NCBI GenBank assembly: GCA_035270545.1 | Contig: DATFIA010000304.1 | Coordinates: 1,945 to 65,944 of the forward strand | DNA: 64,000 nucleotides | Direction: 5' to 3' | Origin: Treponemataceae bacterium | GTDB lineage: Bacteria > Spirochaetota > Spirochaetia > Treponematales > Treponemataceae | Shown: positions 1 through 9,858 of the stretch, one piece after another | How positions within the stretch are numbered: the stretch's first letter is position 1 | How the letters are laid out: each line of letters opens with the position of its first letter | The notes under the pieces: model-generated | What the model saw: only the letters and a program-made list of their open reading frames with translations | Database searches by the model: none | What the model was told of the DNA's origin: nothing | Program-made: the position numbers and the translations under genes

Positions 1-888
1 GCAATTGGATTTAAAGGCGCTGTACCTGTTAGCGATGCTCTCATTAATCAAATATTAACTCATAAGGATTCTAATTATGGGAAAATTCGCGTTATGGGCA
101 GTATTGGATTCGTATGCATAACATTACTCTTGCAGTTTACTCACTTGCTTAATGCCGATTCTCCTTCATCTATAGCATTGTGGATTGCCATTCCGTCTTT
201 TTTGTTTATTTTATCAATTGTTTTAATTCCAGGACTTTTATCTCGCTATCCACCCGATGAATCTGAAAACGAAATACAGTCTCCTGAAATTTCAGATACT
301 GATAATCGAGTTTCTGTATTTAAGGATTTTCCCTTATCTTTTTGGGCTGGTATTGTTCTCATCTTTTTTGGTTTTCTTGGACTAACACCATCTCTTCGTT
401 TCTTTTCACTATATGTCCAAGAATATCTACTTCTTAAATCCTATGCCGGTTTGTGGGCTATCTCTGCAGCTGCTGAGATTCCTTTTATGATTTTATCTGG
501 TTGGTTTATCCGAAAATGGGGAACCGAAAAAATTCTCCTCCTTTCTCTTTTTGCTATTTCCTTAAGAAATATTGTGTATGCAGTTTTTCCTGTTTTTGGT
601 GGTGCCGTTGCAGGGCAGTTATTTCATTCAGTTTGCTTTGGACTCTTCCATCCTGCTGCTGTTGTTTTTGTTTCAGAGCGAACAAGTAAACGATTGTTAG
701 TCGTTGGATTAACTTTGTATTCTTCTGTTTCAGTTGGGCTTGCAGCGGTTTTGGGAAGTGTATTGGGTGGAATCATCATAGACTCTCTTGGGTATCGTGC
801 CCTTTTTTACATATTTAGTATTTTTCCAATAATAGGCATAACTATTTTTGTAGCATCTAGAAAACGATTTTTTTTCTATCATGATTGA
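1..888 (+). CDS. MFS-type transporter, C-terminal part (5' end outside window)
   Basis: Frame 1 is open from nt 1 (AIGFKGAVPV...) and continuous with ORF 94..888. Multiple hydrophobic helices and a YGKIRVMGSIGF-type loop are typical of MFS permeases. Confidence 0.7.
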   Translation, partial: AIGFKGAVPVSDALINQILTHKDSNYGKIRVMGSIGFVCITLLLQFTHLLNADSPSSIALWIAIPSFLFILSIVLIPGLLSRYPPDESENEIQSPEISDTDNRVSVFKDFPLSFWAGIVLIFFGFLGLTPSLRFFSLYVQEYLLLKSYAGLWAISAAAEIPFMILSGWFIRKWGTEKILLLSLFAISLRNIVYAVFPVFGGAVAGQLFHSVCFGLFHPAAVVFVSERTSKRLLVVGLTLYSSVSVGLAAVLGSVLGGIIIDSLGYRALFYIFSIFPIIGITIFVASRKRFFFYHD

Positions 889-923
889 CATGGTATATAC
901 CAGACGGTAATATCGCAAACATT

Positions 924-1649
924 ATGTTAGGAACTATTGTTAATTCGATTGCCATTATTGTAGGATCTTTAATTGGGATTATTTTTTCTAAAAAAATATC
1001 TGCAGAAATTTCAGATGTAATAAGTTCTGCTGCAGGTGTAATAACTCTTATTATTGGCTTTCAAATGGCATTTCAAATGCAAAATATCATTTATATAGCC
1101 ATATCCTTAATTTTGGGCGGTATTCTCGGCGCCTGGTGGGATATAGATGGTAAAATTCTTTCAATTGGTCGTTTTTTAGAACATCATTTTGGTAAGAAAA
1201 ATATTTCAGAAGGAAATGAATCTAAGTTTGCTTATGCTTTCTTAAATGCCTCTGTCCTTTTTTGTGTTGGTGCTATGGCTATAGTTGGTTCCTTTAAGGC
1301 AGGAACAGAAGGCGACTATACGATGCTATACACAAAGTCTGTTCTCGATGGTTTTATGTCACTTGTTTTTAGTGCTGCAATGGGTATAGGTACTGCTTTT
1401 TCTGCTCTTACAATTTTTGTATATCAAGGTTTATTAACACTTGGTTCTGCGTTTATTAAACCTTGGGTTAGTCCGCAAATGATCGCAGAATTGACAGGAA
1501 TTGGTGGTGCATTTGTTATTATGATAGGTATAAATATACTAGATTTAAAAAAATTGAAAACTGCAAACTATCTTCCTGGTTTAATTGTATTAGTTTTTTT
1601 TGTTTTGGCCGATCCATTTCTTCAAAAAATAGCAGCCTTTTTAGTTTGA
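924..1649 (+). CDS. DUF554 (YqgA-like) integral membrane protein
   Basis: MLGTIVNSIAIIVGSLIG matches the conserved DUF554 N-terminus and the protein is polytopic. ATG 924 is preferred over the TTG at 885. Confidence 0.75.
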   Translation: MLGTIVNSIAIIVGSLIGIIFSKKISAEISDVISSAAGVITLIIGFQMAFQMQNIIYIAISLILGGILGAWWDIDGKILSIGRFLEHHFGKKNISEGNESKFAYAFLNASVLFCVGAMAIVGSFKAGTEGDYTMLYTKSVLDGFMSLVFSAAMGIGTAFSALTIFVYQGLLTLGSAFIKPWVSPQMIAELTGIGGAFVIMIGINILDLKKLKTANYLPGLIVLVFFVLADPFLQKIAAFLV

Positions 1650-1650
1650 C

Positions 1651-1693
1651 AGATTATCTTTTTACCCATACAATGGTATTTATAAGATAATCT
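1651..1693 (+). promoter_or_regulatory. Perfect 10-bp inverted repeat AGATTATCTT (1651-1660) / AAGATAATCT (1684-1693), ending right before SD AGGAGG (1694-1699)
   Basis: Read directly from the sequence. Could be an RNA hairpin or a DNA operator; function unknown. Confidence 0.4.
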
Positions 1694-1705
1694 AGGAGGC
1701 CTTAA

Positions 1706-2818
1706 ATGGCAAAAGTAGAACTCAAAGGTATTGGCAAGGTCTATGATGGCTCAGTTCGAGCAGTGGACAATTGTAACATTACAGTAGACGATCAAGAATT
1801 CGTCGTATTCGTAGGACCATCTGGTTGTGGTAAATCTACAACTCTTCGAATGGTTGCAGGTTTGGAAGAAATTACCGAAGGTGATCTCTTTATTGATGGT
1901 GAAAGAATGAATGACGTTCCACCAAAAGACAGAAACATTGCGATGGTTTTCCAGAATTATGCTTTGTATCCTCATATGACTGTATATGATAACATGGCTT
2001 TTGGACTCAAAATTCGTAAAACAGACAAAAAAGAAATCGAACGCCGTGTAAATGAAGCTGCTCGAATCCTTGATATTGAAAAACTTCTAGACCGCAAGCC
2101 TAAGGCACTTTCTGGTGGACAGCGCCAGCGTGTAGCAGTTGGTCGTGCTATTGTTCGTAACCCAAAGGTATTCCTTTTTGACGAACCACTTTCCAACCTT
2201 GATGCTAAACTTCGTGTACAAATGCGTGCCGAAATTTCTGATCTTCATCACAGACTCAAAGCAACAATGATTTATGTTACTCATGATCAGGTTGAAGCTA
2301 TGACTATGGGTGATAAAATTGTAGTAATGAAAGACGGAAAAGTTCAGCAGATCGGTTCCCCCTTATACCTTTACAATCATCCAATAAATAAGTTTGTTGC
2401 TGGATTTATCGGATCTCCCCCAATGAACTTTCTTACTGTAAAAATTTTAGAGAAGGGCGGACAGCTTGTTGCAGATGAAGGTTCCTTCGAAATGGTTCCT
2501 ACTGCAGATCAGCAGAAAATCCTTAAAGATTATATTGGTAAAGAAGTACATTTTGGTATTCGTCCTGAAGATCTTATTTTCCTCAAGACCCCTGCCGCTA
2601 AAAATAATATGCAGATGAAAGTAAGCGTTAAGGAACCTCTTGGAGCAGAAACTCATTTGTATCTTACAACAAAGACACAGCAAGTTATTGTTAGAACTGC
2701 TGCAGACATTGTATTTCAGATTGGTGATACCGTTAATTTTGAACCAATTATGGAAAAAGGTAAGTTCTTTGACAAAGAAACAGAGCTTAGTATCTGTGAC
2801 GACGTAAAATCAGAGTAG
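1706..2818 (+). CDS. ABC transporter ATP-binding protein, MalK/MsmX/UgpC sugar-import family
   Basis: Walker [10 protein letters not shown], signature LSGGQRQR, Walker [12 protein letters not shown] and H-loop YVTHD, plus a C-terminal regulatory (TOBE-like) extension. Confidence 0.92.
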   Translation: MAKVELKGIGKVYDGSVRAVDNCNITVDDQEFVVFVGPSGCGKSTTLRMVAGLEEITEGDLFIDGERMNDVPPKDRNIAMVFQNYALYPHMTVYDNMAFGLKIRKTDKKEIERRVNEAARILDIEKLLDRKPKALSGGQRQRVAVGRAIVRNPKVFLFDEPLSNLDAKLRVQMRAEISDLHHRLKATMIYVTHDQVEAMTMGDKIVVMKDGKVQQIGSPLYLYNHPINKFVAGFIGSPPMNFLTVKILEKGGQLVADEGSFEMVPTADQQKILKDYIGKEVHFGIRPEDLIFLKTPAAKNNMQMKVSVKEPLGAETHLYLTTKTQQVIVRTAADIVFQIGDTVNFEPIMEKGKFFDKETELSICDDVKSE

Positions 2819-2895
2819 TTTGTAACTTTAGTTGTGTTTCATTGGCATTAACACATGCCAAATGCATATAACAAAAAATCTTAGTACCTGTCAGA

Positions 2896-2924
2896 CCGTG
2901 TCCCTTTAGGGACACGGTTTTTTT
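2896..2924 (+). terminator. Rho-independent terminator
   Basis: CCGTGTCCC-TTTA-GGGACACGG followed by T7. Confidence 0.85.
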
Positions 2925-4800
2925 ATAGTGGAATAAAAGAAATAGTTTGAGTCGGTATATGTATATTTCCTGCGCGAACCTTGATAGTGTCATTTAACGA
3001 ATATTCTTGAGTAAGAGTCGTTTTTGTTTCTCTGGCAAATTCTGGAATTAAGAGAGTTGCTTGGGCTCCATTTTTTTCAACAACAATTGCATCACCTATC
3101 CATTCTGGATTTTGTAGTAAATGATATAAAATCCAATGCATATTTGTTTTTCTTTCTGCAAGAGTGCATTCTCGGGCTGCAGAATCGCCTGCTGCAATTC
3201 GCATAAGCATATCTTCTGTATCCATGAGTGGTTTGTTGTCTAAAAAAAGATGTAATTGTTGGTGGGCTACAAGATCTCCATAACGACGAAGTGGACTGGT
3301 GACCTGACTGTACATGCCTATTCCAAGACCCGCATGGTCGGCAGGTATTGTGCCCACTTTTCGAGATTTCATTGCTCGTCTTTTTCTATATTCTCCTGCA
3401 AGACCTTCAGGAATTTCTTTAGGCAAATCTGGTGATTCTTGACTTACATATTGAAAGGGTATTTTGTGTTTGAATGCAAAACGAGCTGCACCTTCTCCAG
3501 CGAGAAGCATCATTTCTCTTACCATATCTGCAGAAATTTGAGGGTGAAGTAACTCTGCCTTCACCGTAGGATAATTATTATCATCTCTAGTTACTGTAAG
3601 ATGAATCTCTGGTAAGTCTATGAATACAGCACCAGCAGCTTTTCTTCTCTCAATATTGCGTTCGGCTATTGCGAACAACTTGGCAAGTCCCTTATCATTT
3701 TTTTTGTTTAGGGCTTCTGCATAACTAAGACGGGTTACTTTTACAAGTGTTCTATGTATCGATACTTCATTAATTGCGCCTGTCTCTGTAAATGAGAGCT
3801 TAAAAGAAAGTGCTCGAGATGAAGCTGTTAGTCCCAGAGCAAAAAGTTCAATAGAAGAATCTGCTAGCATTCTTGCAGCTCCTTCTGGAACGTATAATGT
3901 TGCTCCTCGAGCTCTAGCTTCAATATCTGCAGGGCTATCCGGTAAAACAGTACTTGCCGGATCTGCAATATGGACCCATACGGTTTCTCCATCGACAGAA
4001 ACTGCATCGTCAGGATCAGCGCTCCATTCGTTATCTATGGCCCAAGAATCAAGATGTGTAAGGTCCAGCCGTTCTTTAGTATCTTCAGGGACTGGTATAT
4101 TCGTTAGCGCGGAAGTAAGGCTGTGTCCGTGACGTACTGGCCAAGGATTAAAATCTATATTCCAATATCCTGTTTGCATGAGGAGGGCATGAGCCGCTTC
4201 CGGAGTTTCAGTAATACCTGCCTCTTTGAGGGTTCGCGATTTTTCTGATTTTCCAAGTGCTAGTGCTTCAACATCTTGGAGATATTTATGATCCTCATTA
4301 GAAATAGGCAAAGCGTCTTTTTTTCTACATGCTGCAAGACGTTCATGAAAAGCTTTACGCTCTGCCCCTTCATCTTTTTTCGCTTGTGCCTTTGCTTGTG
4401 ACGCTTGTATTTCTTCTTTTGATCTTAAGTGAATTGGTTCTGTTGGGCTGGTGCATTTAAAATAAAAAGAAGTTGAGATTTCCTTCCAAATTCCCCAAAC
4501 CTCTTCTGCCTTATAATCGCCCCAAATTAGTTCACTTAATTCTTTGAAAGAGGGAGTTTCACCTAAAAAGAACTCATAGGCTTCTTCTATGTTGGCTTGA
4601 GGTTGGTCTGCATTAATCAATGAAGAAAGATTTTTTACTGGACCTTGATGCAAAATATCTATGTCTTTTTCTCGTACTTTTTTGCTTCCATTTGAAGTTG
4701 TAATTTCAATCTTATCCCCTACTATAGAGGTTACAAGAGCAGGTTGAGTTTTATATAAAACAACATAGTTTTCTTTAATTTTCATGATGTACTTTATCAT
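2923..4800 (-). CDS. RNB-domain exoribonuclease (RNase II/R family)
   Basis: RNB catalytic region including HAGLGIGMYSQVTSPLRRYGDLVAHQQL; 625 aa. Confidence 0.85.
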   Translation of the reverse strand: MIKYIMKIKENYVVLYKTQPALVTSIVGDKIEITTSNGSKKVREKDIDILHQGPVKNLSSLINADQPQANIEEAYEFFLGETPSFKELSELIWGDYKAEEVWGIWKEISTSFYFKCTSPTEPIHLRSKEEIQASQAKAQAKKDEGAERKAFHERLAACRKKDALPISNEDHKYLQDVEALALGKSEKSRTLKEAGITETPEAAHALLMQTGYWNIDFNPWPVRHGHSLTSALTNIPVPEDTKERLDLTHLDSWAIDNEWSADPDDAVSVDGETVWVHIADPASTVLPDSPADIEARARGATLYVPEGAARMLADSSIELFALGLTASSRALSFKLSFTETGAINEVSIHRTLVKVTRLSYAEALNKKNDKGLAKLFAIAERNIERRKAAGAVFIDLPEIHLTVTRDDNNYPTVKAELLHPQISADMVREMMLLAGEGAARFAFKHKIPFQYVSQESPDLPKEIPEGLAGEYRKRRAMKSRKVGTIPADHAGLGIGMYSQVTSPLRRYGDLVAHQQLHLFLDNKPLMDTEDMLMRIAAGDSAARECTLAERKTNMHWILYHLLQNPEWIGDAIVVEKNGAQATLLIPEFARETKTTLTQEYSLNDTIKVRAGNIHIPTQTISFIPL

Positions 4801-4826
4801 TCACAGCCTTATACAGCAATAGACTC

Positions 4827-4855
4827 TTGTCATTTATTCATCACTTTGGTATATT
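4827..4855 (+). promoter_or_regulatory. Sigma70-type promoter for lysC: TTGTCA - 17 nt - TGgTATATT (extended -10)
   Basis: -35 at 4827-4832, TG at 4847-4848, -10 at 4850-4855. Confidence 0.55.
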
Positions 4856-4888
4856 TATTCACAAGTTAATAACATTGTGAATAAATAT
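4851..4888. promoter_or_regulatory. Perfect 14-bp palindrome ATATTTATTCACAA-N10-TTGTGAATAAATAT overlapping the -10/+1 of the lysC promoter
   Basis: Arms 4851-4864 and 4875-4888 are exact reverse complements. Confidence 0.6.
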
Positions 4889-4904
4889 TGATATTGGGGG
4901 ACGT

Positions 4905-6284
4905 ATGATAGTAATGAAATTCGGAGGGTCTTCTGTAGCTACTGCAGATCGCATCCGTCATGTAGCTGGAATAATCAAGAGTTTTGAGCATAAACGTCCT
5001 ATTGTAGTTCTTTCCGCAATGGGAGACACAACAGATGATCTGTTATCTGCTGCTGATGATGCATTAAATGGTATTATTACTGTTGATGCTGTAGAAAAAC
5101 TGCACAAAACAACTGCTAAAGAACTTAACATATCTGTTGTTGAAATAGATGTCCTTCTCGAAGAGTTACGGACTCTTTTAACTGGTATTTCGATGCTTCG
5201 TGAACTAACTCCTAGGTCTAAAGATTATCTTGTTTCTTTTGGTGAGCGTTTATCAGTTAGGCTTATGGCAGGATATTTAAATACACAAAACGTTAGAGCA
5301 GAATTCTGTGATGCATGGGATGCTGGTTTCACAAGTGATTCGAATTATACTAACGCAGATTTGCTTCCAGAAACCTGGGAAAATATACGAAAAAATCTTG
5401 GCCCTTATGCTAATGGAAAAGTAAATGACGGAAAGTATATGCCCATTGTAACTGGTTTTATAGCAAAGGATACCAAAGGTTTTATTACAACACTCGGCCG
5501 CGGTGGTAGTGATTTAACCGCTACTTTTATAGGAGCCGCCCTTCGTGCAGAAGAAGTTCAGACATGGAAGGATGTCGACGGAATTTTGACGACAGATCCA
5601 CGTATTGTTAAAGAGGCTCGAACAGTACCTGTTGCAACATACGATGAGGTTGCAGAACTCGCTTATTTTGGAGCTCAGGTTCTTCATCCACGATCTATGC
5701 AGCCTTGTTTACAAACTGGTACTCCAGTGCGTGTAAAAAATTCATATAATATTGACGCTCCAGGATCAATTATTGTAACACGACATGAGACAACGCCCCC
5801 TCCTGTTAGGGCTATCACCTCTAAGAAGAATGTCACCTTAATTGATATTGTATCTACTAGAATGTTGGGTCAATTTGGATTTTTAGCAAAAGTTTTTGAA
5901 TCTTTTGCTACGCACTCTATCAGTGTAGATGTTGTTGCAACTTCCGAGGTTTCAGTTTCGTTAACAGTTGAGAGTAATAAAACCCAGTTTTCAGCTCTTA
6001 AACAAGATTTAGAAAAATATGCCTGTGTTGATATTAAAAAAGATAAGGCTATAGTCACAATTATTTGTGATGTTCGCCGTTCCAGTGAAATCTTGGCGGC
6101 AACTTTTGAAGTATTATTTAAAGAAAATATAAATATTCAAATGATTAGTCAGGGAGCTTCTAAAGTAAATATTAGTTTAATTTGTGATACCTTGGAATCA
6201 GATCATGTAATTCAAATATTACACGATAGATATTTTGGCACACCAGTCTCAATTGGATTAAATTCTTGTGGGGTAGCTATATGA
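4905..6284 (+). CDS. lysC: Aspartate kinase
   Basis: N-terminal VMKFGGSSV kinase motif, TTLGRGGSDLTA, and C-terminal ACT-like repeats. Confidence 0.93.
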   Translation: MIVMKFGGSSVATADRIRHVAGIIKSFEHKRPIVVLSAMGDTTDDLLSAADDALNGIITVDAVEKLHKTTAKELNISVVEIDVLLEELRTLLTGISMLRELTPRSKDYLVSFGERLSVRLMAGYLNTQNVRAEFCDAWDAGFTSDSNYTNADLLPETWENIRKNLGPYANGKVNDGKYMPIVTGFIAKDTKGFITTLGRGGSDLTATFIGAALRAEEVQTWKDVDGILTTDPRIVKEARTVPVATYDEVAELAYFGAQVLHPRSMQPCLQTGTPVRVKNSYNIDAPGSIIVTRHETTPPPVRAITSKKNVTLIDIVSTRMLGQFGFLAKVFESFATHSISVDVVATSEVSVSLTVESNKTQFSALKQDLEKYACVDIKKDKAIVTIICDVRRSSEILAATFEVLFKENINIQMISQGASKVNISLICDTLESDHVIQILHDRYFGTPVSIGLNSCGVAI

Positions 6285-7060
6285 AAATTGCCTTAGTTGG
6301 TTTTGGTAAAATGGGCCATATGATTGCAAAGGCAGCAGAATTACGGAATCACGAAGTGGTGTGTACAGTAGATCTTTTTGCAGAAGATGCAAGTTGTATT
6401 ACTCATGACACCCATGTGATGGTCGAAGCTATTAAATCTTCTGGCGCACAAGGTATTATTGAGTTTTCGCACCCTGCTTCTGTTATCCCAAATATTTCCG
6501 CTTTAATTCCGACTGGTATTCCCCTTGTAGTTGGAACTACAGGTTGGTTAGATAAGCTCGAGGAAGTAAGTAATCAAGTTTCTGCAAATTATAGTGCCTT
6601 GCTTCATTCATCAAACTTTTCAATAGGTGTAAATCTTTTTTATAAAATGGTGAGTGATGCTGCTCATTTAATGGCAGAATTTGAAGAATATGATATTGCA
6701 GTATTTGAATCTCATCATAATCAAAAAGCCGACAGCCCTTCGGGAACAGGCTTGGATATTGCAAAAAGAATTCTTCAAAATATTCCTCGTAAAACAAAAG
6801 TCATTACCGATTCTTTTTCCAGAAAACCAGAAAAAGAAGAACTTCATCTTGCAAGTTTGAGAATTGGATCTGTTCCGGGAACCCATTCGGTTATTTTTGA
6901 TTCCCCAGCAGATACAATTGAGCTTACTCATACCGCCCGTAGTAGGGAAGGTTTTGCTATTGGGGCTGTTAGAGCTCTTGAATGGCTCTCTTCCCCGGAT
7001 TCTACAGGTATGTCAAAATCCGGAGTTTTTACTATGGAAGATGTCTTTCAGGATTTATAA
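6281..7060 (+). CDS. dapB: 4-hydroxy-tetrahydrodipicolinate reductase
   Basis: MKIALVGFGKMG Rossmann start and ESHHNQKADSPSGT motif. ATG 6281 overlaps the lysC stop (ATGA). Confidence 0.9.
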   Translation: MKIALVGFGKMGHMIAKAAELRNHEVVCTVDLFAEDASCITHDTHVMVEAIKSSGAQGIIEFSHPASVIPNISALIPTGIPLVVGTTGWLDKLEEVSNQVSANYSALLHSSNFSIGVNLFYKMVSDAAHLMAEFEEYDIAVFESHHNQKADSPSGTGLDIAKRILQNIPRKTKVITDSFSRKPEKEELHLASLRIGSVPGTHSVIFDSPADTIELTHTARSREGFAIGAVRALEWLSSPDSTGMSKSGVFTMEDVFQDL

Positions 7061-8854
7061 ACCTGCAGTCATATTTCGAATTGTGCCGTAGAGATTACAA
7101 ACGGATAATCTATTTTCATCTATTAGAAATACATATTTATCACCAGTTTTATATACATGGTTTCCAAAAGCCTTTATAAAATCATCAAATGAGTCTCCTG
7201 TTCGGATATCTTTACCCGGTGAAACAGGAGATCCGTTTTCTATTCGTATAAGGCTTATAACAGGTTTAGTACTTGTTTTTTCTAATGTTAAAAGTACAGA
7301 TGTTTTTAATGATGGAAAAAACCACGTTTCTGTAAAATAATTATATACAATCTCGGCTGGTCTTCCCCATGCTTCGGTTAATATATCTTGATTGTCCCCA
7401 ATGCGCACGTTTCTAAAAGAAGAAGTTCCTTTTTTCTCTACGGTTTGAGTTTTAAAAATAGGAAGTATTTCTTCTGCTTTTTTTATATCAGTTAATGAGC
7501 GTAATATGAGTATTAAATTAAGTAACATATCTCTACTGTCTCCAGGAAATCCTGATGAGACAAATCTATTAGTTTCTGTATGAATTGTTTTTGTTTCTGC
7601 AATTAGGTCTTCAAGTATATATTGACATCTAAGGTAATCGCTACCAGTAAGATACAGCAGATTTGCAAAGTTAGATCTTGCTAAAAATGATTCACTTCCA
7701 TTTTCCAATCCAGCAGATTCTTCTGCAATACGCATAGCCGATTTACGAACTGATGTATTACCGGACCAAATTAATAATTGCGCTTGTGCAGAGGCAATTA
7801 AGGGATCATCCATATAAGTAAGTGTTTTTTTATAGTTTTCAGATGCTTTCATAAAATACTGAATATTTCCAGGAATCGAATCCTGATCTTCCATATAGTA
7901 CTGTCCGGGATGTTTTTGAGGAGTCTGTGAAAGAAGTTTTATAAATTTTGCACGAGAGAGATCAATTTCATCCGCAAAAGGTAGCATAGGTTTAAGCATA
8001 AGAGTTGTTTCTGGAACGCTTTCGAGCCAGAGCTTATGATTTACTAATGCAGAAAGCCTAAAGAGGTATGTAGATTTTGGATAAATTTCAGTTAAGTTTG
8101 TTAATAGATCCGAAGCATCTTTTAAGGCAGTGCCAGTTTTCATAGATGCTAGAATGAGTGAATATTCTGAAGAAATGTTTTTTATGTTTATAAGTGAGTT
8201 TGAAATAGATTCTATGCGTATAGCAGGAGATGGCTTGCTTTGAAGCCAGGATTTGAAGGCTTCGGTTTCAGTTCCCTTAGAATATAATGAGGAAAGATTT
8301 TTTAACCATATTGCATACAATTTAGGATCATAACCTGCAAGAGATAATATAATTGGTGCAAACCTGTCGGCTTCTAGCACTTGTTGTGAAAGTCGTGGCG
8401 CATTTAGATTTTGTCCCAAGGCGAGGGCTGCAATTTCTGGTACGAGAAATTGAGCGAGCATGACTTCTCTTTCATAGTCGATTGTTTGCATTCTTCGTAT
8501 AGATATGGCTTCATCGTTAAAAAGGCAAGAATCAATATAATCAAGGAGACCTGAAGAAATAACAAAGGTTCCGTCATTATATAAAGAAACCACTATTTCT
8601 TTTTGATCCGGAACTAAGATGCGTAAAGGGCCTCTGTAAATTTCAGTTGTCCTAGCTAGTATAAAAAGTGTCGAATGGATAACCGTTTGCCAATTACCTA
8701 ATGCGTCTGCCGAAAGGGCTTTTTTATCAAATTCCTGTAATTCAAAGCGCATATCAGATTCACCTGCTCCAAGGGATGCAGGGTTTGCTAGTACAGGAAA
8801 AGATAAGATCAAAAAACAAGAGGCAAAGACAAATAATAGGCGTGATTCTTTCAT
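7055..8854 (-). CDS. Hypothetical secreted protein (signal peptide, helical-repeat-like body)
   Basis: Start chosen at MKESRLLFVFASCFLILSFPVLA (signal peptide). Long uninterrupted ORF with no catalytic motif recognised. Confidence 0.7.
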   Translation of the reverse strand: MKESRLLFVFASCFLILSFPVLANPASLGAGESDMRFELQEFDKKALSADALGNWQTVIHSTLFILARTTEIYRGPLRILVPDQKEIVVSLYNDGTFVISSGLLDYIDSCLFNDEAISIRRMQTIDYEREVMLAQFLVPEIAALALGQNLNAPRLSQQVLEADRFAPIILSLAGYDPKLYAIWLKNLSSLYSKGTETEAFKSWLQSKPSPAIRIESISNSLINIKNISSEYSLILASMKTGTALKDASDLLTNLTEIYPKSTYLFRLSALVNHKLWLESVPETTLMLKPMLPFADEIDLSRAKFIKLLSQTPQKHPGQYYMEDQDSIPGNIQYFMKASENYKKTLTYMDDPLIASAQAQLLIWSGNTSVRKSAMRIAEESAGLENGSESFLARSNFANLLYLTGSDYLRCQYILEDLIAETKTIHTETNRFVSSGFPGDSRDMLLNLILILRSLTDIKKAEEILPIFKTQTVEKKGTSSFRNVRIGDNQDILTEAWGRPAEIVYNYFTETWFFPSLKTSVLLTLEKTSTKPVISLIRIENGSPVSPGKDIRTGDSFDDFIKAFGNHVYKTGDKYVFLIDENRLSVCNLYGTIRNMTAGL

Positions 8855-8910
8855 ATACCTACAATAACACACCAGTTGGCGTAAGGCAACAAATTGGCTA
8901 TAATTTAGAA

Positions 8911-9855
8911 ATGACAGACAAGCAATGTGTAGTGCAATATAACTCAATTCTAATACTTGGCGCTACTGCTTGTGGTAAAACAGGCCTTGGTGTTGATCTT
9001 GCACATTTTTTAGAGGCTCGAGGAATAAAAGCAGAAATAATTTCAGCAGATTCTCGGCAGGTATATAAGGGACTGAATCTTGGTTCTGGAAAAGATCTTT
9101 TTGAATACGGAGATCTTCCGTATCATTTAATCGACGTTGCAGACCTAGCTAATGAATACAATGTTTTTTCTTTTCAAAAAGATTTTTATCATATTTTTTC
9201 ACAACTTAAGTCAAAAAATATTTTGCCTTTAGTCGTAGGTGGAACAGGTATGTATCTTGATTCTGTTGTTAGAGGCTATGATTTTGTAGAGGTTCCAGTA
9301 AATGCGATATTGCGCAAAGAGCTTGAGCCCTTAAGTCTTACAGACCTAGCAGAGCGCTTGCTTTCATTAAAAAATGAAATACATAATAGAACAGATCTTG
9401 ATGAAAGAGAGCGCCTAATTCGAGCAATAGAAATTGTAGATTATAATATTAATCACAAAAAATCTGCATCTGCTCCAATTCGCCCTTTAATTAATCCTCT
9501 TATTTTAGGCGTTAAATTTGAGCGATCAGTTTTACGTTCGCGTATAAAAGATAGGTTGGAAGAAAGAATTAGGCTGGGTTTAGCAGAAGAAGTTCAAGGC
9601 TTATATGATAGTGGAACAAGTTGGGAAAGGTTAGAACGCCTTGGGCTTGAATATCGCTTTACTTCAGAATATTTACAGGGCAAAATTAGCAGTGAACAGG
9701 AATGGATTTCTTCTCTCTATACGGCAATATGTCAATTTGCAAAAAGACAAGAAACATGGTTTCGTGGAATGGAGCGAAAAGGCGTCTCTATACAATGGAT
9801 TCCAGATGGAGATCGCGAAATCGCCCATTCTCTTGTTGAACCATTTTTTTCATAA
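8911..9855 (+). CDS. Isopentenyl-transferase (MiaA/IPT) family protein, divergent paralog
   Basis: P-loop GATACGKTG, ISADSRQVYKGLNLGSGK, VGGTGMY and C-terminal FAKRQETWFR. Start at ATG 8911 avoids overlap with the divergent gene. Confidence 0.8.
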   Translation: MTDKQCVVQYNSILILGATACGKTGLGVDLAHFLEARGIKAEIISADSRQVYKGLNLGSGKDLFEYGDLPYHLIDVADLANEYNVFSFQKDFYHIFSQLKSKNILPLVVGGTGMYLDSVVRGYDFVEVPVNAILRKELEPLSLTDLAERLLSLKNEIHNRTDLDERERLIRAIEIVDYNINHKKSASAPIRPLINPLILGVKFERSVLRSRIKDRLEERIRLGLAEEVQGLYDSGTSWERLERLGLEYRFTSEYLQGKISSEQEWISSLYTAICQFAKRQETWFRGMERKGVSIQWIPDGDREIAHSLVEPFFS

Positions 9856-9858
9856 TAC

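Noticed and set aside
4801-4904. Looked for a lysine (L-box) riboswitch upstream of lysC.
   Set aside because: The whole intergenic region is 104 nt and the predicted leader about 40 nt, far shorter than an L-box aptamer. No conserved L-box helices were seen.
8701-8910. Upstream extension of the IPT-family ORF (track start 8701). Similar 5' extensions occur at 885-923, 12569-12607, 45992-46015, 53099-53137 and 63325-63399.
   Set aside because: The extensions overlap divergent genes or promoters, lack an SD, and add residues absent from the conserved N-termini. Internal starts with an SD or a family-typical N-terminus were chosen instead.
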